A stretch of 64,000 bases of DNA from Antedon mediterranea (Eukaryota > Animalia > Echinodermata). The translations under genes were made by a program, and so were the position numbers. The stretch is from positions 9,215,888-9,279,887 of the forward strand of contig NC_092676.1 in assembly GCF_964355755.1 (NCBI RefSeq), in the 5' to 3' direction. Under the pieces are notes generated by a model. It was not told the DNA's origin and searched no databases. It saw only the letters and a list, made by a program, of their open reading frames with translations. Shown piece after piece: positions 39,066-59,563 of the stretch (its first letter is position 1; each line of letters opens with the position of its first letter).

Positions 39066-41740
39066 TAGTAAGTGAGTCAAAAGGTTGATACGAAGAATTA
39101 ATAATGTCATTGAATGATATAATAATTGCATAATAATAAAGTAATACTAATTATAATCGAATGAAGAAATGATACATTTATTCTATAATATCATTCGTAA
39201 TAAAAAAAATTTACACAATTACGATTATTGACTCATTTAAAATCATGAACGACGCGAGTTGCGAACCTTTCAATTGATTTGATTAAAAATGACTATAGGA
39301 GGCTCCAAATATCTACGAAATATGTTATCCGAGATACAGAACAAAGAATTTGTAAACCAATTGAATATTTTTAATGACAGTAAATATGAAAATGTGTGTG
39401 TTTATTGGAGTGTGCATATCCATTCAACAGTATCGACTGTAAACATCGTGAGGTGGTGGTTTCCACATTCGTATGATCAAACGGTACAGGGTATGATCAA
39501 CTAGCGTTCGTGTTCCCACCTATAATCATCCATTCATAGAAGTACTGATGAAGATATCAATCTGTGGCAACAATAGAATGGACCCGAGACCTGGCTATCT
39601 TCGACTTTTAAATAATAGAAAGTTTTGAAAAATTTGTTTCTAGAAATGTACGTTGTATGATGTATAGGCCTATGTTTATTAAAAAATTGTTGTAGTTTTC
39701 TAAATTACATTGTACAAGTTGCGAAGAGAAAACTGTTATTTGATCGTAAGTTAACGTGTACATAAAGCAAAACTATCCATCCATAGGGTCATTTATCTTT
39801 TGCTAATTAATCTCCTCTTGCTTGATTGCACTCAAGCAACAATACTACCATTGTAATAGCACAATGGAAGATTAAAAGATAAACTAAATCACACAGTACA
39901 GTCTAAATACTAAAACAACTAAAACAATTCAATACAAAACTTAATTTAAAGGTATTAGATCAGGCATCAAGTCTGCCCAAAATAATGATAAAAGTATGCA
40001 CATCACTCACCTAAAATAGAGAGCCAATATCCTCATTGAGTGCATGGAGGTATACCTCCATGTTGAGTGTAATAAAAATAACTTCAAAACTTTAAGTGTA
40101 CAAACTGTACAACGTGTAAATATCACAATCTTCTTTAACTTGAATTGTACTTTAAACTTAGTACTCTTTTAGTATACCGTATATAATATATATATATATG
40201 TCTTTCAGTACTTTCAAATAGGTTCTCGAACTCAACGTTGTTCGAAATGTAAAAGTATATAAAGTTGAAATTTAATTAAAGTTGGAGTGTCCAGCACGTC
40301 CGATGGCAAGAGGCAAAGAGAAAGAAATCTCCCAAAACATACCCTAATGTCATCCAAAATTGTCAAACAAGGTTTACCCCTATTGGTCCATTCTTGTTAC
40401 TAGGCAAAACTCAAGAGGGGTAAATTGACCGATTGGTCAATTCCCAAATTTAGGACCTCCCATTTAAATAGATAAACATGTAAGAAGATTAAAACAGAAC
40501 AAAGAGAATTCTTAAAAGGATTAATTAACAAAATGATTAAAACATATGCAGTTCCAAGGAAAAGCAATATAATGCAAACATCTTAATGCTATATTGATAA
40601 ACAATCTTGCCCACCCACTGCACCCAGCTGCATTACATTGTAGGTACATTGGAAAATAATAAAAAGTAAAGGAAAAGAAAACATGTCTAAAACATGACAG
40701 GGTTACATCCTCCCCTAACATAAATTGCTACCTCCGGGAGCAAAAACACAAAATATCAAACATTACAAGTAGAGTCACCAGTCAAAGTGGAAAAAAAAAG
40801 GATTAAAATCGTATCTGTTTAATTAATCTTGGTGAACAGGAAGTGTGATATAAACTCATTCTGCCTGGACACAATTTCAGTAATATTCACAATAACTTTT
40901 TCGTTATTAAGTTGATTGCTATAGTCTTGAATTTTTTGAAGAATTATTATAGATTTTTTTGCAACAAAATCTTTCCAGTAGTTCAAAAGTTATGATAAAA
41001 TATCTAATTTTTCTGAGATATCCTTGTGGCTATTCTAATTATTACACATACCCCACTGCTCAAACGCATGTTGGCTATTCCAAACTTGCTGGCTAGTCTG
41101 AAGATAGTACAGTTGGTAGGGATTCTCATAGAGATATTTTCACTATAATATATCTATGGCATTCTCAATGTGTACACATAAGTAATTAAATAATTCCTTG
41201 CTGTTGGAAGTTTATTTTTAATATCAATAAAGTAAATAACAAAATAAAGAATTAGCTATAATTATAACACATTTAAAATGAATGCCTTTTATAATTAGTT
41301 ACCTAAAGTAACTTTACTCCACTTTTTTTTACATATAATATAATAATTTATTTGGAAGCTACACTTTTGAAACAGTGGCACACTTCTTGAATGAAGGTGC
41401 ATCCAGAGTAAGTAAAATAAATAAATATTATTTAACAATAGGCCTATTAGTACAAGAGTCAACTTATTTGACAAAAGAACGCATTTCAATTAGTCAATTT
41501 ACATGTTGAAAAATAATCAAAATATTCATTAAGTACCTAAATATAATTACAATTTTCACTTTAATGTGTTTTTATTATTCTGTGCCTGCTAATTTTTTAG
41601 ATAGACAATATAATGAACAAAGAACAGAATCATCATAGTTAGCTAATTCTCGTTGTGAGCGGACGTGTTCATATCGAGCTCCGCTAGGCTACCCATTGTG
41701 TGGATACTAGGCCAGTCAACGTAGGCATACTGTAGTCTAC

Positions 41741-44700
41741 ATGATGTGTTCGACCGGGCTACGTGTGCCGCTACTTATTTTGAACTTATTTCTTGGCCTC
41801 TATTTTTCAAGTTTTAATATGGGATTTTCATCCAGAAATCAATGGCTAAGGCCAGTCGATGGATACGCTGAGCCGGTAAGCTGCAACATTCCTAGCATCG
41901 TTGTATGTAAATGTTGGAATTTGTATCTATGCGGTCAAAGCAGTACGACTACGAGTGTTGTTGCATTCCAACGTAGCAGCAGACCGTCAAGGAAGATCTA
42001 CAGCGCACCACGTTTGCTCTATTCTAATTCCACTGTTACATTCTGTATTCTTTTAAGTGGCGATGTTGAATCGAATCCAGGTCCAGGTAATACTCAGACA
42101 TCTTCAGTTAAGGTATACTATCAAAACGTACGTAGCCTGAAGAATAAAATGGACGTATACAACTCAGATCTGAATGCACACCTAATTCAGAGCAATTTGG
42201 ATATTGTCGCACTTACGGAAACATGGTTAAACTGCAACGTGCTCGATTCTGAACTTTCCGTTTCTAATTACACTTTATTTCGACGCGATAGAGATACTGA
42301 TAAACGCGGTGGTGGTATCCTGATGCTAGTGAATAACAAATTTACCTGTAACCGAGTGGAACGCCTAGAAAGTGATTCAACGGAGTTCATGTGGATAGAG
42401 ATTCAACTAAAGCGGCGTAGTAGCCTACTTGTTGGATTATTCTATAGACCACCAAACGCTACACCCGATGTCCTCCGTCGTTTTACTTCGTCTGTGGAAA
42501 TCGCTATGCTCTACTACAAAAACAGTGAATTCCTCATTCTTGGAGATTTCAACCTGCCCGAAATTAATTGGAGTAGTAACCCTTATTCTGCTCCAGCTCA
42601 GTCCATGGGAGAACACTTACTTGATGTATTGCTTTCTAGCTGTGGCCTATTTCAATGCAATACGTACTGTACAAGAATGGATAAAATGCTTGATCTTGTT
42701 ATTTGTAGTAAAAACATTTCCGACAAAGTCTATACTGCTAACGATATTTTTTTATCTGACCACTCATCTTTGAGAATTGATTTCCGTTTAAATTTTGATG
42801 TTAAATGTAGTAATGATAATTTGAATCGTAAAAGTATAATTTACAATTTTAAAGCACTTGATGTCAATAATCTATGTAATACTCTTAACTGTGTTCCATG
42901 GAGTGTCTTAATTGATTTTGAAGGTGATTTAAATGAAGCTTTGGATATGTTTTATAATTTGTTAAATGCTGCCGTCAATGACACAGTGCCTAAAATTAGA
43001 AAGCGCAGAAAGCTTCCTCCGTGGTTTGACAATGAGTTGAGAAGTGCGCTTCAACTCAAAGAAAAGTATTATAGATATCTGAAAAAAAATAATAATCGGT
43101 TAGCCCAAAGTAATTTCAAATTTGCTCGCGCGTCTTTTAAAAAAATGTGCAATAAAAAGTACAAAGATTACTTGGACTCTTTGGCTAAGCAAATTGTCAC
43201 TAACAGTAAAAGATTCTGGAGCTGGATGAAAACTAAATACAAGTCAAATAATCTTCCTTCTGTCATGAGTCACGATAACATTTCATTCCAGTCTAATTAT
43301 GATAAAGCTACCACATTTAATTCTTATTTTCATTCTTTTTTCAGTGAGCCTTCTCCGGACGTTCCCCGGGACTATCCAGGTCTTCCTGACTATGCGGTGG
43401 ATAACTTAAGTTCTCTGTCTGTGAATCAGCATTCTGTGGAAAAGGCACTTAGTAACATTGATATCAATAAAGCTACTGGCATTGATCAGATTAGTAACGT
43501 TGTCTTAAAGGGTGCCTCCTCCTCACTCTCTTATCCGCTTTGCAAATTGTTTCAGCTATCTATTAATTCTGGGGTTTTTCCTTCATCTTGGAAACACGCT
43601 AATATTGTCCCAATTCACAAGAGTGGTCCCAAAAAACTAATCTGTAACTATCGTCCTATTTCGTTATTGCCTACTATGTCTAAGATTTTTGAGCGCATTG
43701 TGCATGATGGTTTGTCATCACATGTTGCTAATGCTTTAAGTCCTAGGCAGCATGGTTTTGTCTCTGGGAGATCATGTCAAACCAACCTCGCACTGCTTCT
43801 TGCTACATCATACGATGCAATTAACAGCAAGAAGCAGTGCGATGTGATTTACACTGATTTCTCTAAGGCTTTTGATTCCGTTTCCCATGATTTGCTTATT
43901 TTTAAACTTTCAAAATTTGGTTTATCCGGTTCACTGTTAAGTTGGTTTAAAAGCTATTTAACTAATATACAACAGCGTGTTGTCATTGGGGGAGAGACAT
44001 CTGATTGGCTCCCTGTGTTATCGGGCGTTCCGCAGGGCTCGATCCTGGGCCCGCTTTTGTTTAATTTATTTATCAACGATCTTCCTTTAAAATTTAATCA
44101 TTCCGAGTCTCTTTTATTTGCTGACGATCTGAAATTGTTTAAAGTGATTACCACTCCACAGGATGCTTTTTCACTTCAGGAGGATCTGGATGGTCTCGTG
44201 GAATGGACGGAGAAGTGGGGGATAAAACTTAATGCTAATAAATGCAAATATTTATCTATAACACTTAAAAAAAGGCCTGTGCTCTTCAATTATAATCTGA
44301 GTGGACATGATCTTGAGATGGTTTATGTATGGAAAGATTTAGGTATTTTTATTGATAGTAAATTAAATTTTTGTTCACATATTAATCATGTGTTGTCAAA
44401 AGCTAATAGAATGATGGGCTTAATATGGAGAAATTGTAGGTTTATGAACGACGGCAGGGCACTTTTATCTTTATACAAATCTATTATACGTCCTCACCTT
44501 GAATATTGTTCTGCAATTTTCAATTCAATTTCTCCATGTCAGGCCCGTCGAATCGACACTGTTCAACGGAAGTTTGTTCGATTCCTGTCTTATAACTGTG
44601 TTAATTTTGCCTTTTCCATTGATTCTGTCAGCAATCGTCGAACGATATCTGATATGGTTTTTTTATATAATATTTTAAATTCTAAATATGACTGTTCATT

Positions 44701-44917
44701 AATTTCACTATTTAGTTTAAATGTTCCTGGTCGTACACGAAATAGACATTTATTGCATATTCCTTTTAGCCGTGTCGACTGTACTAAGAGGGGACTTTTT
44801 CATAGACTACCTTATACATTTAATAATCTAAATAGCAATCATATCGATATTTTTAATGATAGACTTGGTTATTTTAAGAGGACGATGATGTGTTCACTTC
44901 TTGAACAGTCTGCATAA
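41741..44917 (+). CDS. LINE polyprotein: N-terminal peptide + 2A motif + APE endonuclease + reverse transcriptase, 1058 aa, intact
   Basis: APE motifs YQNVRSL, ETWL, YRPP, GDFN, SDH. RT motifs YRPISLL, QHGF, DFSKAFD, GVPQGS, FADD. CR1-like RPHLEYC. LLSGDVESNPGP lies at aa 104-115. Confidence 0.97.
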   Translation: MMCSTGLRVPLLILNLFLGLYFSSFNMGFSSRNQWLRPVDGYAEPVSCNIPSIVVCKCWNLYLCGQSSTTTSVVAFQRSSRPSRKIYSAPRLLYSNSTVTFCILLSGDVESNPGPGNTQTSSVKVYYQNVRSLKNKMDVYNSDLNAHLIQSNLDIVALTETWLNCNVLDSELSVSNYTLFRRDRDTDKRGGGILMLVNNKFTCNRVERLESDSTEFMWIEIQLKRRSSLLVGLFYRPPNATPDVLRRFTSSVEIAMLYYKNSEFLILGDFNLPEINWSSNPYSAPAQSMGEHLLDVLLSSCGLFQCNTYCTRMDKMLDLVICSKNISDKVYTANDIFLSDHSSLRIDFRLNFDVKCSNDNLNRKSIIYNFKALDVNNLCNTLNCVPWSVLIDFEGDLNEALDMFYNLLNAAVNDTVPKIRKRRKLPPWFDNELRSALQLKEKYYRYLKKNNNRLAQSNFKFARASFKKMCNKKYKDYLDSLAKQIVTNSKRFWSWMKTKYKSNNLPSVMSHDNISFQSNYDKATTFNSYFHSFFSEPSPDVPRDYPGLPDYAVDNLSSLSVNQHSVEKALSNIDINKATGIDQISNVVLKGASSSLSYPLCKLFQLSINSGVFPSSWKHANIVPIHKSGPKKLICNYRPISLLPTMSKIFERIVHDGLSSHVANALSPRQHGFVSGRSCQTNLALLLATSYDAINSKKQCDVIYTDFSKAFDSVSHDLLIFKLSKFGLSGSLLSWFKSYLTNIQQRVVIGGETSDWLPVLSGVPQGSILGPLLFNLFINDLPLKFNHSESLLFADDLKLFKVITTPQDAFSLQEDLDGLVEWTEKWGIKLNANKCKYLSITLKKRPVLFNYNLSGHDLEMVYVWKDLGIFIDSKLNFCSHINHVLSKANRMMGLIWRNCRFMNDGRALLSLYKSIIRPHLEYCSAIFNSISPCQARRIDTVQRKFVRFLSYNCVNFAFSIDSVSNRRTISDMVFLYNILNSKYDCSLISLFSLNVPGRTRNRHLLHIPFSRVDCTKRGLFHRLPYTFNNLNSNHIDIFNDRLGYFKRTMMCSLLEQSA
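42062..42085 (+). other. 2A-like StopGo (ribosomal skipping) motif DVESNPG-P
   Basis: Exact match to the D(V/I)ExNPGP consensus, preceded by the typical LLxGD context. Confidence 0.9.
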
Positions 44918-46633
44918 CCTGTTTTAATTGAAATTTTTTATGGCATGCCAATCTATGTTTTATATATATATTTATATATTTTATCTGTATTTTATTGTTA
45001 ACCGTTTTTGATGTTGTATTGTTTTATGTTTCAAACCTGTTAGTGGCGGTATTTATCGCTGTTGGTTTTAATTGAATAAAATAAAATAAAATAAAATAAA
45101 ATTAAAGGAAATGAACTAGGCCTACAGACCTATTGTTAATTGTAGACTCCTATGAAAAGAAATTTGAAGAACAAAAGGCATAATGGGTGGAAACCATTAT
45201 ACAGAATATAATAGATGATATCAGTAATGTGTAAATGTACTGGTGGTGTAAAGAAAGGGTAAAACAAAAAGAGATATCTTTTGATTTGTTAAATCTAGGC
45301 CAGTAGGTAGGTAGGTCTGTTACCATGTTTGTTTAAAACAATCAGGACAGACGATGGACTCGGACAGCCAGGCCCATAAATAAAATAGGGAGAGGCTTAG
45401 GCCATTCCTAGACCTAACCGCAAAATAATCAATTAAACTCTTAAAAATCAATCTAACCCCAATAAACTGAACTTAAATAATCTTTTCTATATCAGTAAAA
45501 TCGTGCGTGAACTATAGTCAAAACCCGCTAAAAACTGGGGCCTGTCGCGTTGGGCCCAATGTTGGTAGCAGGCTACTTATCCATGTGTGTATTATCGTTG
45601 ACATTTTCGTTGGAGATTTTCAGTGTAGTTTTGAAAAGAAATGATGTTAGTCTTATACTAATACTAAATTAATTAGATTATTTTACGGAAAATATATTTT
45701 TATTAAAATTATAATTTTAATCGCAGAAAATAAATTTTGGAGAGTATAATATAAATAAAAAGCCTGATTGATAACAAAATAATTGCATCACCTTTTATTT
45801 TAACCTTGTGAAATGCGATTGTGTTTTGAAACTATAGGGTGGGTGTTTTCCAATGTTATTTTTAGTGCGCATATTTTGCTCTCCACCGGAATCTGTGCTT
45901 ATTTTTGAAATACTTAATAATAGATAAAATACATTTTAATATATAATAATATAAAATATATATTATATAATATAATTTTATTTATATGAATTTTATTGCG
46001 TATTTATTTTAAAATATGCAAATATGCCTCAATTATTAGTGACAAAGGACAAGGAAGCCCGGGTCAAAAACATATTCACACGTCGTCCACGATAAACACA
46101 TTTTAAATTTAAAACAAAACATAGTAATTATTGTAATTTTGAATTGGTATAGGTCACATCTTTAAAATATAAGTTTCCTAATAATTATCTTCTAATGATC
46201 ATGAATTATTATTAAAATAAAATATACATGTCACATGTCGCCGCCCTGCCAAACTAAACTTTATGAAAGGAGCTTTGCGCTGCGTGTGTAAACTCTCCAG
46301 AGTCAGGAGAGTTAGCCTGCTAAACTTTACATTGGGAGAATAGGAAATAGAGCTTTGCGTCCGCAAACTCTCCGGAGTCACGAGAGAGAGTTAGCCTGCT
46401 AAACTTTACCGGAAGGCGATTGTTTCGCCTGAACGGTTTTCTATTCAAAGCATACAGGCAAGCATTGCACTGGTAGGTGGGGGGAAGACAACAGATAGAA
46501 CAGCATTCGTGTTCTAAGATCTTGGAAATTAAATATACTTTTCTAACTTTCAAAATACGTTATATTTGATGGATTTTTACAAATCAAGGATAAATTTGTA
46601 TGTTTTAAATACTTCTAAACACATTTATCTTGT

Positions 46634-47985
46634 TTAAAGTGATGAAATATGTTTCTGAAAAAAGTTAGGATATGCTGTAAAAACTTGTAGTAGGCCTACA
46701 CATGTTATCAGGGATGGGTTCAACAGACTGTGAAAGTTCAGTAATAGTAGGTTCAACAATAGGTTCAATAATAGGTTCAATATTAGGTTCAATAATAGGT
46801 TCAATAATAGGAGTATCATTAGGTAAATCAATAATGGGACTTGGAAGAATCTCGGTATCTTCAAAACAAAGTTGAGAAACAGACACAGGCTCAGGGCAAG
46901 GTTGGAGGGATCATGGTGCGGAATCTAAACAAGATTGCGGGATGAGTAGAGGTTCAGAACAAGATTGCGGGATGAGTAGAGGTTCAGCACAAGCCACAGG
47001 AGAATCAAGGATAGTGACAGAAAGTTTAGGACTGGGTACAGATGATACTGGGGAGTCAACTACAGCTGGCTCTACATCTGTTGCAACTTCACTTGCTTCT
47101 TTAACATCACACTCACAAAAACTGGCGTGACTACAGACTCGATGCTCTCGTCAAAGGACGCATTTACAGGACTACTATCAGTGGAAACATTTCCAGCACT
47201 AATATGAGATATATAGCAGGAGTAGTTTCATGGACAAATTCTTGGGCATCTACATTCAGCGGAAAATGGGGTGAAATGGAAGAAACTGTAAACGTTTCTA
47301 CAGGGAGTGTGACTGAGAAGTCTAATGGGACTAGCATAGTAACCTCCTTCTCACTGGATTCACCACTGTCATCATGCTCGTTCTCAGTGACATGAACTTT
47401 TGCCTTAGACCGCGTAATAGGGCGGTTTATCTTCTGTTTAGTAGGTTTTGCTGGTGGATCTTCTTTGTTTAAATAGTCGATGGGCAGAAGTATGTTTCGA
47501 TGTAGTGTTCGTAGGCCTACTCGACCACTATTTGATTCTGGCTTCACACGGAGTCCCACTGGTCAGCGAGTTTGTGTTTACCCTGTAGTCCCAGATTTCG
47601 AATCAACACTCGATCACCTGGATGAAGATCATTGACTCGTACTTTCAAATCATGTCGAACTTTGTTCTTGCGTGCTGACTTCGCTGCCTCTTCAGATGCC
47701 ATTTGATAGGCAAGCGATAGTTGGTCTCTCAGATCGTTGACGTACTTTATTGGGTCAGCGTTACCAAATCCATCTGGGCTAATTCCAAACCGTAAGTCAA
47801 CAGGAAGTCTCGCCTCTCGTCCGAACATCAGAAAATAAGGTGAGAAACCTGTACTGTCATGCTTCATACAGTTGTAAGCATGAACCAAAGCACTGATATA
47901 GCGACTCCAGCTTTCCTTCTTTTCGCCTTCGAGTGTATACCTAACATATTCATTAAAGTTCGATTAAAGCGTTCAGGTTGTGCTA
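46634..47985 (-). mobile_element. Ty3/Gypsy integrase remnant, duplicate of 7610-8950
   Basis: Identical 114-aa integrase ORF at 47544-47888. Confidence 0.9.
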
Positions 47986-49502
47986 GATTAAACTCACTCA
48001 CTCTCTTAACTATCTTTTAACTTCCCAGAGACGAGAAGTGTTTACACCTACTTGTTCATTCCTTGCAAGACATGCTTCCTGATGATGTCATCATCATGTC
48101 ACCCCAATCACGTGTGTCCTCCGCAAGTAAAAACGCACTTGATGAACTAGAAAAGGAAATAACTACAAAACTTAAAATTCTAACCGCTCACAAATTTGAT
48201 GACAAAGTGGAAGAAGTGAAAGATGATAAAGAAAAAAAAACAAAATCTGTAGAAGAGTGGAGGAAAGAGTTTAGACAAGACAAGAATATTTCTTACAAAA
48301 AACGCTGCTTGCTTATTTTTATTGCTAAGGTCAAGTCTGGGGGGTCACTTTATCAAGCCTAGATACTTAGAGTATCCTATTACAAACAAAAACTTCAATG
48401 GACTGTTTTGATAATAATTCAATGATTATCTGACAGTGAATTATAGTACCCATGTAATATCATGGGACTCATAAATACCAGAAATGCTTTGGGATTTGTT
48501 ATTAGACTCTTTTCCCAGCCGTTTTTTGGATTCAATATAAATTATAGTCGAGTTTCCATTTTAACAAAAATGTCAAAGTGTAGTATTATACTGCTGCTTG
48601 ATTTCATCTAATGAATGAGTTATCTCGTATGACGTAGCGGGCTAGAGCAGCAGCGTGAAAAAACTTAAAGAAGTGGAATCTTAATAAAAGTGATTGTTGC
48701 GAAAAGTGTTGTATAGAAAGAGAAAGTGAAAAACATATGTTGTACACCTGTAACAGCATTCAATCAGATTTGAGGAAGTTCCGTAAACTGATCGTTAAAT
48801 GTATTCCGACTAATGAAACATTACGGTCAGGTTTCCCCGAATGGTAAGACATAATTATAGGAACTCAGAACACGCTTGTTAATGAACTCATCTCTTTATT
48901 TACATTTAGTATTTACAAATCTTGCATTATTTATAAAACAAGCAAACGGATTATCACTTGGAATTTATTTAAGATAGAACTATTAAAAAAAATTTAATTA
49001 ATAAAAGCAATATTATGTTCAAAATGTAAAACTATACAATTTTATAAAAGTATCCAAACAAAACATAATCTTATAATGCAATATACCATTTTATCATATT
49101 TATTTATATTATATCGAATCTCTTTTTAATGCTGAATATCAATCTTTATATCGTTTTAGCTCTGTAATATAAATTTTCTCTGTATACATGTTTGTTTTAT
49201 CTAGACTTCAACACAATTTCAAAATATTTTACATAATCTTCCTCTGTCTGTGTAATATCACTTAAATATTCATTGATAAATAGATAGATAGACAGAAATA
49301 TATACTGTAACCTTCACCATATTGTTGTTTATCATTGCAATAAAAGTGGGTTGCCCCCACAAAAGAAAAAAAAAATATATATTGCTGAAAAATATAATAT
49401 GAATTGATAATAAAAAAGGAAAGATGATTTTTTTGAAATTGGGTTATGACATAATAATATGACAAATTTAAGTGTTTAAGAATACATTTTTTGTTTTAAT
49501 AG

Positions 49503-57967
<8,465 letters not shown>

Positions 57968-58398
57968 CTCTAGGGTGCTAGAATAAATTGATATTTTTCA
58001 TAATAAAGGAATAATTGTATTAGTGCTATATACTGTATTTATTAACTTTTTCATATATGAATTGCACAATTTTTAACAAATATTCACTTAAAAAATACAT
58101 ATTTGTTTTCTTATTTTGGGTTTTCTAAGTATGAACATATTCTATATATATTTTTTATTAATATAAAATGACCTATGACCTGGATTGCAATTGATAGTTG
58201 ATGTTTAATTTGGTCAAGTCAAATACAGGGTGTTATATATATATATATATTTATTAAACTATTTACAGTACTAAATACAACATAATCTGTATATATATTA
58301 GTATTTGTATGTTCTAGTGAAAACATGAATAATACCTGAAGTTTCTGCGATCTTAGCAATTTAGGTTGTCGCATCTATTTCAACAATCAAATGAAATA

Positions 58399-58715
58399 AG
58401 GCATGTGGCGCAGTGTGTTTTGGACGTTAGACTACTAATCGTGGGTTCGATCAATGCTTGTATCCTTGGCCAAGCATGTTTGTCTCGCTCTACCATCCAG
58501 GTATACAAATGGGTACCTGGTAGAGGTCAAAACACAACGGGAAACACAACTTTGCGCTGATTACTAGTTGCATTATACGAGTTTGTTTCCATATGTGTTT
58601 GATCCAAAAATGACCAGGGTATTAATATGTACAGCGCTTACAGGTGTCTCAACACTTGGCGCTTTACAATTCACAATCAGTGTATGATGAGACATGTCGA
58701 TGATGATTACTACAA
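58399..58715 (+). mobile_element. tRNA-derived SINE with CORE-like central domain
   Basis: gtggcgcagtg and gggttcgatc boxes, then tgtatccttggccaagca...catccaggtatacaaatgggtacc. Confidence 0.5.
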
Positions 58716-59184
58716 TTATTAACAGATTTTCAACGAAACGAAAAAGGCTTAAATACACAATACCAGATTATGATTAATGTTAATTTTCAAATTCATTATT
58801 AAAATGTGTTTATAGTTTTACTATTGTTATTCGCTTAAATTGACAATACAGAGTAAACATTCTTTGCACTCTCAATCCAAAGTCAATCCGTTTCCACGGC
58901 ACACAAAATTAAAACCTGTCAATTTATCGCAGTTTTTTTCGTTATACACGAATCGTTTTACTTATATACTCAAACTGAAGGCCAGTATTTTTTGTTCGTA
59001 AAGTTCATCAAATTTTTCGGTTTGAGTCTTTGTAAAGTAATGTATCCAATCTCCAACTATTCCTGAAAAAAATAAATCATATCAATAATCATAAACCAAG
59101 TAAATTCTCTTCATAATACAATAATAACATTCATGTTATCAGCATGCTGATCTATATATATATATATATATATATAATTATTTG

Positions 59185-59247
59185 TTAACTGTTTTTGTTG
59201 GTAGTGGCGGTAATTATCGCCGTTGGTTTTGATTGAATAAAATAAAA
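59185..59247 (+). mobile_element. Short 3' fragment of a LINE related to 41632-45100
   Basis: tagtggcggtaattatcgccgttggttttgattgaataaaataaaa matches the LINE 3' end at 45041-45090. Confidence 0.8.
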
Positions 59248-59409
59248 TTTTAACGAAAGAGCGGGTAAAATATGAATCTGGAAATTTTTTAATCGTTTTC
59301 TACATTTCCTTAGGTACTTATACGAAGATCTCTTTAAAAAGGCAAATAGTCAAAATGGAATAATAATACACCTTTTTTGAACTGCTGCTATAGTGTGACG
59401 CTTCTGGGA

Positions 59410-59563
59410 AGCTCTGTCTACACTATCAAACTTTATGCGACAATACAATTTGATGTACGTGCCCATATATGATGGACAATATCATATCACTACCATTACT
59501 TGGGCATACCACTACCGTATTTGGGAACATCACCAAACTAGTTTGATAGTGTAGACAAAGCTT
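59410..59563. mobile_element. MITE, same family as 12666-12814
   Basis: aagctctgtctacactatcaaact...agtttgatagtgtagacaaagcttta. Confidence 0.8.

Larger units (their letters stand above)
41632..45100 (+). mobile_element. Young CR1-type non-LTR retrotransposon, single ORF, (AATAA)n tail
   Basis: Absent at the homologous site 5981-5990. 3' stem-loop-like tagtggcggtatttatcgctgttgg, then an (aataa)n tail. No TSD seen. Confidence 0.95.
20535..49390 (+). repeat. Segmental direct repeat, copy 2 (expanded by a 15.9 kb foldback element, a ~70-bp poly(T) insert and a 3.47 kb LINE)
   Basis: Duplicated ORFs include 5645-5839/41295-41489, 8510-8854/47544-47888 and 9029-9328/48063-48362. Empty insertion sites are visible in copy 1. 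The true left boundary may lie further left because copy 1 is cut by the window edge. Confidence 0.95.

Noticed and set aside
1-49390. The two long direct repeats as LTRs of a giant retroelement carrying PFAS
   Set aside because: PFAS retains all its introns, the repeat includes PFAS UTR sequence, and there is no TG...CA terminus at 10357 or 49390.
39065-49500. Head-to-head PFAS/GART with GART 5' exons in this interval
   Set aside because: No GARS N-terminal motifs were found. The interval is accounted for by the duplicated segment, the LINE and Gypsy remnants.
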